In this document: in pieces, positions 14,013 to 27,006 of the stretch | Position numbering within the stretch: the first letter of the stretch is position 1 | Layout: each line of letters starts with the position of its first letter | Assembly (NCBI GenBank): GCA_964016885.1 | Contig: OZ024742.1 | Coordinates: 254,820,001 to 254,884,000 of the forward strand | Source: Eledone cirrhosa | Lineage: Eukaryota | DNA length: 64,000 nucleotides | Reading direction: 5' to 3' | Made by a program: the position numbers and the translations under genes | The notes under the pieces: model-generated | Database searches by the model: none | What the model saw: only the letters and a program-made list of their open reading frames with translations | What the model was told of the DNA's origin: nothing

Positions 14013-14560
14013 GAAATAGAATGAAACGAAATTTCATTTCTCACTCTTAGTACGGCACTTACTTAAATGTAAGTATGTATGTATGTATACGTACATACAT
14101 ATATGTATACAGACGTACAGTAGTTTGTATATATATACATACATGCACACATATATATATGCACGTTTCGGTTTACCGCACATTTATTATAATGCTCGGT
14201 TTGTTTGTTTGTAAACAAACAAACAGTCCATATTACGCCGTACAGTGTTTAGGCAACCACGTTACCTTTTTGTTCAACACTGACACAGGAACGATGTACT
14301 AGTTCCAAGCTTATTAGCTATCGTCAGCATCGTATACCTTCCTGCCAGATGGTTGAACGTCTGAAAGTATATACTTTCCTTAGGCATATTAACGGCTGAG
14401 CAGCCTAATTTGCATATCGAGTGAGTTCAGTCGGCCGGGCACACCGAAAACAATAAATGGAATAGAATGAAACGAAATTTCATTTCTCACTCTTAGTACG
14501 GCACTTAAATGTAAGTATGTATGTATGTATACGTACATACATATATGTATACAGACGTGC
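14008..14560 (-). mobile_element. ~447-bp unit with ~105-bp direct terminal repeats, PLE/retrozyme-like
   Basis: 14008-14117 repeats at 14456-14560. Carries an internal HHR motif. Confidence 0.65.
14287..14339 (-). ncRNA. Minimal hammerhead ribozyme motif (A13G)
   Basis: ACGATG CTGACGA T-AGC-taataa-GCT-T GGAA CTAG TA CATCGT. 6-bp stem I and palindromic stem III (ACTAGT). Confidence 0.7.
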
Positions 14561-14643
<83 letters not shown>

Positions 14644-14676
14644 TTATATATATATATATATACATATACATACATT

Positions 14677-14750
<74 letters not shown>

Positions 14751-14885
14751 AAAGTTCTATTTAAATTGTTGGGGTACAACAAGCAAATATTATTATAACT
14801 GATATAAAGCACTCGACAAATATTTGGAGTAGATATACAATATTAATAAATGGAAACTATATTTATAGAATGGAAACTATATTTA

Positions 14886-16563
14886 CAGAAGTGAATATTT
14901 CAAAATGCTTTGCAAACGGGGGAAGACAGGAAGACGATACTTTGGTTCGTGGAAACGTTCCCTGGCAAAGAACGGGAAAAAACGAATATATGTCATTATT
15001 TGGAGCGGTGAAAAACAATTACACGCAAAGACAAAACCACGTTTATGGTATAAAAGAAGTCGTAGACTAATATAGATAGTTCATAGAGACGTTCTCTGGC
15101 AATGAACGGAACAAACGAAGATAATACGTCATATGATATGTGGAACGTGGAGAACAATTGCACGCAAAGACAAAACCACGTAAATGGTATAACTGAAGTC
15201 GTAGACTAAAATTCTAACTAGGAAAGCGAATGATTCTCGGCTTCAGACTTAAGAATAAAGTAAATAAAATACAGAGGTAATTAAAATTAAATAAATACTA
15301 CACGCATCCATATACGTACATACACAAGCATACGCGAAAACACTCGCCATAGGTATACAAATACACGCACATATAAATATATGTGCGTGTATACAAATAA
15401 TTAAATAAACGTATATAAATAAATAAATACGTATATAACAAGCGCACACACATACCTACATGTAAATACACATATGTTCGGAGACGTACGTCAACCAAAA
15501 CACGAAGTACAGATATGCACACACGCTACATACGTACGAACCCGCATACTCACACAGACGCAAAACTCACGTATACACATAACCAAAAGCATATGTACCA
15601 GAATATATAAAATATACGCCATAACATATACAATCAAATATACGTACGAGAAAGTATACGTACCTTCACAAAACATACAGGTAACATATAGTTACCTATA
15701 CAAATAAGTAATGGTATAAACATAACATATACTTAACTACCAGACCAAGATGTAAAATATCCGCGTATAAATCGTACTATCCGTTAGGGTATAATGCAGG
15801 GCTGTAATACAGGAAAGTTTTGTGCAATTTATGTTTACAAGCCGAAATTGTCTCAGATTTTTTGTTTAAGATGTGGTCTGTGGCGTAGAGTATTTCCATG
15901 GCCTCAGCGGCGCAGAGGTCACATGGTCTTTTATTTCCGTTATACGATTAGCCTTAGCTAGGATCTCCCAGTGTAACTTATATTGGGTGTGGTTGTCTTT
16001 TAGACTCCAGATATAAGCTGAAAGTGACGTCATATTCCTTCTTAGAAAGTAACGAAAAGAATGGGTATGCATGTAAAGACGCTGCTTGAATCTATTGGCG
16101 GTTAACCCTATGTAGGCCCTACGTGACGTGGGTGTTTCAACCTTACATTTGTAGAGAATGTTACTAGAGAGGCATTTCCCGGATAGGGGGCAGTCAACCC
16201 GATTCATACAATTACAGTTAGTACTAACTACAGGGTTGCACGCGTTCCTACGGCTAGGTAGTTTACCTAAATTTGAAGCTGTGATGTTATGTGCAAGATT
16301 AGGAGCCGTAGAGTAAGAAATGTTAATAGTATTTCTATTAAAAATGTTACTATGTTTATGTTTAGGAGGAAAATTCTTCGTAATAAGGGATAGAAAGATC
16401 TAGCTTATGGTGTGACCACCTCCATATTATATGGTTGTTTCTTTGCTTAAACTTTAATCTGTGATTTTAATAAATATTTGCTCTACAGTTCTTATATATT
16501 TGATATATATTTATCCTTATCGAGCCCTCTTTGTATTTTAGTCTTCAAATTTATTATTATTAC
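14886..16563 (-). mobile_element. 5'-truncated Naiad-type Penelope-like element with inverted pLTR end (16440-16563)
   Basis: Coding remnant plus a 3' non-coding region that matches 53843-54395 in reverse. Internal ~138-bp duplication (15016-15070 vs 15154-15209). Confidence 0.85.
15777..16400 (-). pseudogene. PLE RT-thumb/linker plus GIY-YIG endonuclease, one frameshift near 15945
   Basis: NFPPKHKHSNIFNRNTINISYSTAPN, CNCMNRVDCPLSGKC (CxCx5C), ILY...YIGLT..FKQR..H..SF, LSAYIWSLK; after the shift CDLCAAE..I..LNKKSE..SACKH. Confidence 0.88.
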
Positions 16564-16827
<264 letters not shown>

Positions 16828-16854
16828 CTTGAGAAACCATCAGGAATCACTGAT

Positions 16855-16903
16855 GATTCCTGATGATTTCTCAAGAATGAACCAGTTCTAGTCCTGTAGA
16901 ATC
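16855..16903 (+). ncRNA. Hammerhead ribozyme motif, family H1 (A15.1 mutated), preceded by an inverted copy of its own 5' half
   Basis: GATTC CTGATGA TTTCT-C-AAGAAT GAAc CAG..CTG TA GAATC. 16826-16849 is the near reverse complement of 16854-16877. Confidence 0.7.
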
Positions 16904-16992
16904 TCATCTATATTAAAACTTTTATACTCTGCTATGTATTGAGTACCTTACTTACTGTCATTTACCTCCGATTCAACCCGAAATAACTTACC

Positions 16993-17084
<92 letters not shown>

Positions 17085-17649
17085 TAATATATATATATAT
17101 ATATATATTTATATTAATATATATATATATATATATATAACGGGCGATGCGTTACATAACGGGCGATGCCTTATGTCCTTGAGCAAGACACTTTATTTCA
17201 CGTTTCTCCTTCTACCCGGAGTTGCGACCGATAGATTGTATTAGCAATTGGAAAGACCAATGTAAACTTTTTTCCCCGATATCTTGTCTTTCTTTCACTG
17301 AACGCTCACCAGACAGTTGCTATTCCACTGGTCTCCAAATCCCTTATATTCACTTCCTTTCCAGTGTTACGTACTGTATATATATAACCCTGCCCTTCAC
17401 AAATCACCTAAAGATTTTTATATGATGTTACAGTAGAAATACCCATTTATCTTCACTTGCCCAATATATATTCTGTTCGCTTATTTGTTATGTTTTCTGA
17501 TGCATCACTCTCACACATAAATCAATTTATTTTAAAAATATTTTTTAACCTGCCAATATCAATCCAATCCCACACTAACACACAACATTGAAATTTCACA
17601 AAGTGGCTGAAGAGGAGTTGGATATTGTACTAGTTTGTCGTTTATCTCC

Positions 17650-17683
<34 letters not shown>

Positions 17684-17684
<1 letters not shown>

Positions 17685-18450
17685 CAATCTAAGTTTTTCG
17701 AATATTAATAATAATATTCGATTCGTTTGCAATTAGACCCTCATTCTTGCTCTTGTGTTGGCATGTAAACAGAACTGTAGACACTTATGTTTCTTTGTGA
17801 TTACCCTTCATCAGTATAGTTTACTGTTCTCCTGCCAACTGTCAGAGCTTGTGAAAATATATGATATTTTCTAAAATATACAGTGACTGATCGGCCTTAT
17901 TTGCATATTAGCAGACTGGCTGATCAATCAGATCTCCATGTTAGTAGATCCACTGATCAGCCAGATTTGCATATCAGCAGATAGGCCAGTCAGTTTCCTG
18001 TATACGAGTGATTAATGGCCGGCTTTGCCATATTGAAATAACTAACAACAAAATTATCGCTCTACATGGCTAAATACAATAAATGTAATCTGAGTTTTTT
18101 TTCATATAATAGTATTCGATTTGTTTGCAATTATGTAAACAGCCTCTTTTATGCCAAGTCAGTAGAATGAGCCCCTCATTCTTGCTATTGTGTTGGCATG
18201 TAAACAGAACTGCAGACACTAATGTTTCTGGGTGATTACCCTTCATGAGTGCAGTTTACTGTTGACCTGCCTATCTGACTAGCCTATCTGCTGATATGCA
18301 AATCTGGCCGATCAGTGGATCTGCTATTATGCAGATATGATTGATCAGCCAGTCTGCTAATATGCTAATCAGACCAATCAGTCACTGTATACTTTAGAAA
18401 ATATCAGACATTTTCACAAGCTCTGACAGTTTTCAGGTGAACAGTAGAGA
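17684..18450 (-). mobile_element. PLE-type tandem plus inverted pLTR, with two HHR copies (17768-17828, 18203-18263; family H2)
   Basis: 17737-17838 repeats at 18172-18272. 18280-18445 inverts 17822-17985. HHR consensus AACTGCA CTGATGA AGGGT-aatc-ACCCA GAAACA-ttag-TGTC TGCAGTT. Confidence 0.75.
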
Positions 18451-18867
18451 CATGATGGTAATATAGACAACATAGAAATTTAAATAATATCTAAACATAG
18501 AAAGGACTCAACAGTTAGACAAATCATAGATAGAAGCAACTGAAACAGAACTAAGAAAACCAAAATTGAACAGAAAAAACGAATGGAATAACAACAACAG
18601 CCATACCCAAGGTAAATATACCATAGACCAAGGTAAATATAAATAAATAAATATATATATACACAAGTACAATAACAACAAACGCACATAAACACACACT
18701 AGTGAACAAAGATAGAATACAAAAACACATAGTCACAAACACGAACATACACACCAAACAGAAAACACACACGCAAACATATGTGCAAACAGAGACAGGG
18801 ACAAGAATAATTAAATAAGTAAATAATTAAAATAAAGATGGCATAGACATTACAATACAGTACCATA

Positions 18868-18921
18868 ATAGTACCACTGATGATGTCACAGATGCGTGAC
18901 GAAAGGACTTTGATGGACTAT
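18868..18921 (+). ncRNA. Degenerate hammerhead motif
   Basis: ATAGTaCCA CTGATGA T-GTCAC-agatgc-GTGAC GAAA ggactttga TGGACTAT. Stem III and the NUH triplet are imperfect. Confidence 0.5.
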
Positions 18922-19124
18922 ATATATATATATATATCTATATCTGTATTTTTAACCGTTGGTCAATCAATGATAAACATTGATTGCCAGATCAATCAAC
19001 TACAACTACAGGGATATAAAATATACAGAAGCGAAAACCAATCCAGACCTAACAGTGAGTGTGTTTTATTATTATTTATTCGCAATATTTTAACAATATG
19101 ACCCTGCCTAAATAAAAAAATATT

Positions 19125-19173
<49 letters not shown>

Positions 19174-19606
19174 TCATATGTGAGTGTGTATACAGAGATA
19201 GAGAAATAAACAAATAGAATAAAGTAATGTAATATGTCTTTCGTATGAGCCTGTCATAATGTATTTATCTATCTCTAAAATCAATTAATATACTCTCTTC
19301 ATACATCCAACCATCTCTGAGTTGATGTGGTCATTAAAGTCATGAAGTTTACTATACAATTACCAAAACAGTAATTAGCTATTACTTTACATGTTTTCAT
19401 CGTCTAAAACAGATCGATCTCTTGAAAGGGGATATTAGATTGACCTTTTTCTGTCGATTAATATATATACACAACCCCGTGCTGAATTAGTATTATTAAG
19501 AAAATTAATGTTTATTTTATAACTGGGAATTATTATAAGAAAACGTAAATCTTAATTGCTTGAATTAAAGATTATCCCCAAATCCATCAACTAGTTATAG
19601 ATATAG

Positions 19607-20055
19607 ACGCACGAATGGCTGTGTGGTTAAGGAGATCTCTTCACTACATACGTGTAGGCATGTATGTATTGTTAAGGAGATCTCTTCACAGGTATAAATG
19701 TGTGATTAAAGAGTTCACTTCACAACATAGGTACAGGTATGTATGTGTGATTAAAGAGTTCTCTTCACAACATAGGTACAGGTATGTATGTGTGATTAAG
19801 GAGATCACTTCACTACATCGGTGCAGGTATGTATGTGTGATTAAGGAGATCACTTCACTACATCGGTGCAGGTATGGTTGTGTAGTTAAGGAGTTCACTT
19901 AACAACATAGATATAGGCATTGCTGTATGGTTAAGGTGATCATTTCACAATGTAGGTACAGGTATGACTGTGTAGTTAAGGAATTTGCTTCGAAACAACC
20001 TGGTTTGGGGTTTATTCCCACTGTGGAGCACCTTAGGTAAGTTCCTTCTACTATA
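19607..20055 (+). repeat. ~44-bp tandem array of SINE head units ending in a tRNA-SINE
   Basis: About 8 units of GGTACAGGTATGTATGTGTGATTAAGGAGATCACTTCACAACAT. The last unit continues into a SINE body (..CCCACTGTGGAGCACCTTAGGTAAG..CTTCTACTATA). Confidence 0.75.
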
Positions 20056-21338
20056 ATTTTCTATTTATATGAAACGCTACCCCTATATTAAATTAATTAT
20101 CTCTTCATCATCATCACCAATTTAACGCACCCGGTACACCCAGTAATGAAGTTAGTATTAGGAAAACATACCAAATATGGAACATATGATTGAGATGAGG
20201 TCATTTGAACCCGTCTAATCTCTAACCGTTACAAACAATCCAGTTCATGGCAGTGCAGAAAGCGAACAGAAAAACGATGATCATGAAGATCTTTGTTGAT
20301 ATATTTCTGCTAATACAATTTATCTCCATGAACAAAACTTTAGGTCTGGCATTTCAAATTTGAATGAAGAGAATTTTTAAACACACAAACACTGCATGAA
20401 TTCTTTAACTATATGATTTAGTCTCTGAAATAACATGGATGCATTGGCATTTTACAATTTTACATAGCTATAACTTAATGTTGTGTTGTTTTTACATTGA
20501 TATAGTCTGATGTTGTTGTTGCTGAATTGCTTGGCTTGCATATCACTAAAATATACTGTTCATTTTTCATCTTTCTCAAAGGTAATAACATTTAGGAAGC
20601 GATATGTTTACGAGGGTGAATCTGACATGTCGCAAGATAAGGAATATTTATATAAATATATATGGTCACTAGATTTAATAACATTTACAACATTACACCA
20701 GTTTGCTAAGAGTAGCGACAAAATATATATTTTAGATTTCATTTCAATACATAAAGATTACACACAGCATGATATAATGGTTAAGAAGTTTGCTTCGCAA
20801 TCATTACTTCTGTGGTTCATTTCCAATACACGGCATCTTAGGCAATTCTGATTTACCATAGTTTTGAGTCGACTCATGCTCTAAAAGTGAAATATAAAAA
20901 CCAGACGATTGGACTATACCAGTAATTCAAAGGGCTAACCATGTCACCACTGTGTCATGCTGCATTTCCCAAAGAATTTTAAGGATACATACGTATGTGG
21001 AATTTTCAACCACTTAAACATTCATTTCATGAGCACCTTGTTTTGCTGGTCGAACAACTGAAACATTTATTGTCGAAATCGAAGGAGGTCCATTCACTGC
21101 TTAAAATACTACAAGCACTGTTTCTAAAAATAAGACCCCCCCCCCCCACACACACTCACACATTTATTTATAGATAGTAGCATTAGCATAGCGTGATTCA
21201 TAATAGAAGTGTATTCGAAAGCATTGTGAGTCTCAGTACAAAGTAATTAAACGTCACTAAACGTCACTAAACGTCACTAACGATGGATAAAGAATCCTGA
21301 AACACTAGCGTCTGGCGCACTCACACGGATTACTGTGA

Positions 21339-21372
<34 letters not shown>

Positions 21373-21373
21373 G

Positions 21374-21739
21374 AAAAGGAAAAGAAAATGCTGACAAATT
21401 TTTCCCAGTGAAAAATAGTTTAATTAGGAATAAGTATAAATTAGTAATAAGTATTGGTTAGTATTCAGTTTTAGTTTTAAGTTTTTACCGGTTGCGCATT
21501 TCTAATGCTTTTCAAAAATAATTTTGAGATAGAGCGCTCGTGATGTTTGCTCTAAGATTAGAGCAAACATCACGAGCGCTCTATCACAAAATTATTTTTG
21601 AGAAGCATTAGAAATGCGCAACCGGTAAAAACTTAAAACTAAAACTGAATACTAACCAATACTTATTACTAATTTATACTTATTCCTAATTAAACTATTT
21701 TTCACTGGGAAAAATTTGTCAGCATTTTCTTTTCCTTTT
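21374..21739. repeat. Near-perfect palindrome, 182-bp arms, 2-nt spacer
   Basis: Centre CTCTAA-ga-TTAGAG at 21556. Two mismatches counted by eye. Confidence 0.95.
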
Positions 21740-22198
21740 ACCAATATATCACAACTCGTGTGTTACACCTCTATTTTTTTAAATATATATATAGTGTATG
21801 AGACAACGTTTCAATCTTAAATGTTTTTATTATATATCGAACGTTACATATGTTTTACAGCTGATTGGTTGGAGATCTTTATCGATATGATAGACCTCAG
21901 ATCTATACTGGAGTCCCCTCCATGACAAATATAAGGACTTCGAACCGATAGTCTGCGAAACATATGTAATGTACGATATGCAATAAGATATTTTAAAATT
22001 GAACTTTTCTAGTAAAAGCATTGAGAGCGCGCATAATCCTGCCAGCTACAGTAACCAACACAATTACTGAATAACCTACACACAAACAGAAACACACATC
22101 TACACACACGCACACGCACACACATACACACACACACACACATATATGATTATATATACATATATATGTACACACACACACACACACACACACATATT

Positions 22199-22229
<31 letters not shown>

Positions 22230-23769
22230 ATGTGTGTGTATATATATATTAGTGGGGAATATTCTATGATTACAGACAATTCTAGCTGCAACTTAGAATG
22301 GAAGACAAAATTCTTTGATGTGAATTGCTAAAGAGATTACATAATTAGAAATTTATTTGTTTTCCATAACATCTTTGTAGAATAGAATGAAAGAGATGAT
22401 TGCATCATCTGATATGTATCTCTGGGATCTGCTAGGTATTTTTGCAAAGCCCATTTTAAGTTTACAAACGAATTAATTGTAGATGGAATAAGTCCTGTTT
22501 GTGCGTGGAACGAATTGCTTATGAAATTTTTGCCCTTAATATTTTATTTAAAATTTCTTGTATTATCGCCGAGAAAATGTATTATGTTTGAGAGATCTTT
22601 CCTAGCCCACATACTGATGATGTGATCACGACTAAAGAGATTGTTCACACACACAGGCAGCTAAGTTCGCTGGGAGATTCATGTGTCTACGAAAATATTA
22701 TTAATATCTAGTGCGACACATTGTTTTCAAGAAAATTCTCAAGTACTCGTGTGAAGTGTGTGCGACATGAAAGAGTTAAGGGGAAGAGATTCATTACCAT
22801 AATACTAATTTCAGAAATGTTATCGTAACATTGCTGTACTTACACTTGAAAATACTCGAAAATATTACAACCACACGATGAGTTTTTTTATTTTTTATTA
22901 TTTTGTTTCACTACTTGGCTGATGAAATCTTATAATTAAGCAAATAAGTTCACATCATTGACACAACAAATGATGTTACAATGTTATTTCATGTTCACTG
23001 TTCGGTGCTCAAAATATCATGATCAAATTTTTTGTTAATCTCATTTAGAAATACTTAATCTCACATTGAATTAGCAAGGTCTCACTTTAAACTGATATCT
23101 CTTCAACTTGGAATTACAGATATTGTAATTATATATGTACGTCTAAAACATTTCAGTGCATGTTACTAATACCGTATTTATATATTTTACACCTCAGTTT
23201 ACATATTGAGTTCCTGTTACATTAAAATCAATTGTGTCTTTCTCCTATAATAATAACAGAAAGGATTTTCGTTTACACTTGATATACTAGAAACCTATTA
23301 GCATATCTCTAACAAAGATCAAACAAACCTTTTCAGTTCTTTTAGAAACTTATTTATTTCATAAAATATTTGAGCTAATGATGAAAGTTAAGATCAGAGA
23401 GCTAAGAGTAGAGTGAAACTGTTTACTTTTATTCTTTACTTATCGGTATTATGCTTTTGAACTCAGCTTTTGTCAATAGAAAAGTGGCGAAAAGAAAAGA
23501 TATTCGCTATAATATATCATATTTGATAATTGGAAGTCTACGAGATTTCACTATTAATAAACAACTTTCAACAAAGCTGCTATTGTTTGTCGTTTTAAAC
23601 TTAAAGTAATACAAACATTATCGCGATTACACTGATTACGGAAGCTTCACTACCTCGGTATATTCGCAATGAATGTTTGTGTGTATGTGTGAGTGTGTAT
23701 GTGTGTATATATGTGTGTGTGTTGGACCTTCGTTGGTTACGTGGAGTGTTTCAGTTGTTTGAATAATTG

Positions 23770-24040
23770 AACAGCCTGCTATTTTAAAGTAATATTTGTT
23801 TGTGCCTGAGCATTCCACAAACATGTGTACCCTTAAAGAAAATTCTCTGGGCGATTCAGCATTTCATGGTGTGTCACAAACGTGCCCTTTTAATTAACGG
23901 TATAACTCACTTCTACCAGCTGGATGTATAAGTGCGACGTGAAATAAAGTGTCTGCATAAGGACACAATATGCCGCCGGGAGTCAAATTCACAATCTTAC
24001 AAATGTAAACTGAACACTTGGCTGAGGCGCGTTCGATTTT
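23770..24040 (-). mobile_element. Old SINE (S1-related); 3' part related to 20920-21020
   Basis: CGTGAAATAAAGTGTCTG..AAGGACAC and ACATGTGTACCCTTAA..GATTCAGC motifs. Confidence 0.55.
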
Positions 24041-24368
24041 CGCTTCAATCTTTGCTGTTGCTAAGTCTCCAGATTTCCATGATACTCTATCAGCTGTATT
24101 TTTGGGGGGTAGGGAGGGGTACTGTGCTTAATAAACCACTGGGCCGTATAACAACTCCGACGCATGGAAGATTTTACCAGATATGTTTTGGTCTTATACG
24201 CATCTTTCCATGGCAACATATATTTTACAAAACTTACTGTAATAGATATAAAAAGAAACCCACTAGATTGTACATTGGTTAATGTAAGACAATATAACTA
24301 AGGAGGTAATAAATAATTTAGAGATTTCAGCCACATGGAAAATAATAGTTATATTACTGTTAACATAC

Positions 24369-24785
24369 TTAACCCTCTTTACCATATTTATAATGAAACA
24401 CGCTGCCTAGGTTTAACACTTTCGTTACCGTATTTCTGATGAAGGGCACTGCATATGTTAAACTCTTTTCTCCCATATTTATAATGAAATACACTGTTTA
24501 TTTGTAACACTTTCCGCACCATATGTCTAATGAATAACACTGCACTTTCATTACCATATTTTTAATGAGATATATTCCCTATGCTTTTCGAATAATTTCG
24601 AAAATATCAAGAATGGGAAGGGATTTCGCAATATAACAAAATTTCACGTTACAAAGCTAATATTTTAAATATAAGGTTCTTCCATAAGATTATAATGGAA
24701 GATTTTTAACTAAATACAAACACCTTAAGACAAACAGTTTTATGTCATAAAACCAGAAGCAGTTTCGGTAAGTAACAATTTTAAT
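24369..24785. mobile_element. Old MITE-like element with a reiterated ~45-bp left end
   Basis: Starts TTAACCC (piggyBac-like). About 5 units of TTAACACTTT..TTACCATATTT.TAATGAA.CAC.CTG. Confidence 0.4.
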
Positions 24786-25956
24786 CAATGACTAATATTA
24801 TTTTGTTGTAGCAGGAAAATATAGGGGGACATCAACAAACAGGTTTCGATCATATTCTAGATTTATAAGCTATGCAAATTCAAGTGAAAGTGTGTGGCCT
24901 AGTGGTTAGTATATTATAATCACAATTAGTTTGGAAGATCAGTTTCTGAACCGAGTATTTTGTTGTGTTCTTGAGCAAGAATTTTCCTATAGTCTTTTCA
25001 TGAATTGGCTGAGGCCCCTGTCACACAAGAAAGCTCCTATGAAATACAACATCGTAGGAAGACAGCTAAACCTACCTAAGTGTGAGTGGTAAATTTTATT
25101 TTCACTTTTATTTCATTTCATTGCTAATGCTTACATGGTTGCGAAACCAACACCTGAGCCACTCGAGCATGCCTGCGTCCACAGAGAAATGCTAATTTCT
25201 GTATCAATAGCTTAGAAGGCGACAGGCTTAACTAATAAGTTTTTCCCTTAAAATACTACACAGAACAAATGTACGAAACCGTCGCTGGTGAGACTATGAT
25301 CCATTACTAGTTATAAGGTATTTGTCCAATTTCATTGTAAATCCACAGGGTATTTCAAAAGAAGTATTTAATTTCCTTTTCGTTTTTCAATGGAAATTTC
25401 ATAAAATTTCATGAAATAATAAAACAAGAAAGATTTCCAATTAATGAATCGCACTTGGGACTGAAGAGAAATTATCTAATTGAAATTTTCTCTGAAAACG
25501 GAAATCAATTAAAATTTGGATTTGGATTTTCGAGGTTTCCTTTTCATTAAATGTCGATTGAAGTTAGAATTTTAATTTCAGGGTTTAAAATATTGCTTTT
25601 TGCTCCATACAATTTTCGTTTATTTATTTCCCGATATTGGTATATAATAAAATCTGACATTTTTCAAGCTGGCAAATACCAGTTGGGTTAAGTGTCATCA
25701 GCATTAAATATCACAAAAGAAATTTCAGATAAAATAAGTTATGAGAAAACAAAACAATCGGCTAATGAAAATAATTGTAAATCAGAAATCTCAAATGTAA
25801 CACACACACATATTTAGAGAAAACAAAATGTAATATAATTTTATTTTTAATATTCGGCAAGGCCAGCAGTAATTCGTTCGGTATGCAATTGAGGCTACTG
25901 AGCCGATGTGTACTTAAGCAAATACTATATATTTTCAACCATTCAACAGACTGGCA

Positions 25957-26011
25957 GAGGTATACAATCCTGATGAAGGGTAATGACCCAGAAACATGTT
26001 GATTGTTCCTC
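25957..26011 (+). ncRNA. Intact minimal type I hammerhead ribozyme (H2-related)
   Basis: GAGG-tat-ACAATC CTGATGA A-GGGT-aatg-ACCC-A GAAAC-at-GTT GATTGT-t-CCTC. Predicted cut after GUU at 26000. Confidence 0.82.
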
Positions 26012-26210
26012 AAAGCCACTGTTGAACAAACAGGTGACGTTCGGTCACCGGCAGGGCACAGCTTCAAATCAGGCTGTTTGTTTACAAACGAATTGAACAT
26101 TATTATTGATGTTCGATATAACCCATACGTACATATGTGTATGAATATATCTGTGTGTATATATATATATGTGTGTAGGAGTGCATACTTATATATTTAT
26201 ATATATATAT

Positions 26211-26390
26211 ATATGGAAAACGGAGAATCAGTGATGCATCGAAACAATTTTGAAGACGTATCTGAGGAACGTATCCAGAGTTAGGTTTAATCCACAAATA
26301 GATCGTACCTCGAGCTGTTCGCCGGAGAAACAATTGAAATACGTTAATAAATTGTGTTTCGATGCATCACCGATTCTTCGTTTTCCATAT
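26211..26390. repeat. ~40-bp inverted repeats enclosing a degenerate HHR with a long stem II
   Basis: ATATGGAAAACGGAGAATCAGTGATGCATCGAAAC inverts GTTTCGATGCATCACCGATTCTTCGTTTTCCATAT. Inside: ACGTAT CTGAGGA...GAAACAATTGaA ATACGT. Confidence 0.6.
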
Positions 26391-26510
26391 TATTATACTC
26401 TGCTCTGAAGGAGCATAGAGTGCTCAACTGGCATACCGCCTATGGACACATCCAACCACCCTTACTGCAAATATATATATATATAAAATATATATATATA
26501 TAAAATACAA

Positions 26511-26555
<45 letters not shown>

Positions 26556-26602
26556 CTTGTATTTTTCGAGATTTCCATTTCATTAAATGCCGTACACGCG
26601 CG

Positions 26603-26694
<92 letters not shown>

Positions 26695-26716
26695 CGTGTG
26701 TGTATGGGTGCATGCT

Positions 26717-26949
26717 TGGGTCACAAATAATAGCGGGGTGGGGTGGAAATCGATCATTACTCTAAGTGTCTTCCTTGAATTTTTTTTTAAAACGATATTA
26801 AATCGTTCAGTTTGCATATTGAGACCCTAACCCTAACCCTAATCCTAACCCCTTGTTTCTGCTGGACATCACCAGAGGGTGTTAGCCCTCCGGTGTTTGC
26901 ATAGCTACGGCTTCCTAAAACCGTATTTCTTTAGAAATACGAAATTTCT

Positions 26950-26950
<1 letters not shown>
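26717..26950. mobile_element. Short element with ~4 CCCTAA units and terminal hairpins (Helentron-derivative-like)
   Basis: CCCTAACCCTAACCCTAATCCTAACCC at 26825-26851. Hairpin CGTATTTC-ttta-GAAATACG near the end. Sits in (TA)n. Confidence 0.4.

Positions 26951-27006
<56 letters not shown>

Noticed and set aside
22614-24445. Isolated CTGATGA words at 22614, 22919 and 24436
   Set aside because: No stem II-GAAA-stem III-stem I arrangement could be formed.
24993-25081. Possible host exon (TTTTCCTATAG acceptor, GTGAGT donor, open frame)
   Set aside because: The acceptor may be SINE-derived, the peptide is unrecognised and no partner exons were found. RNA-seq would be needed.
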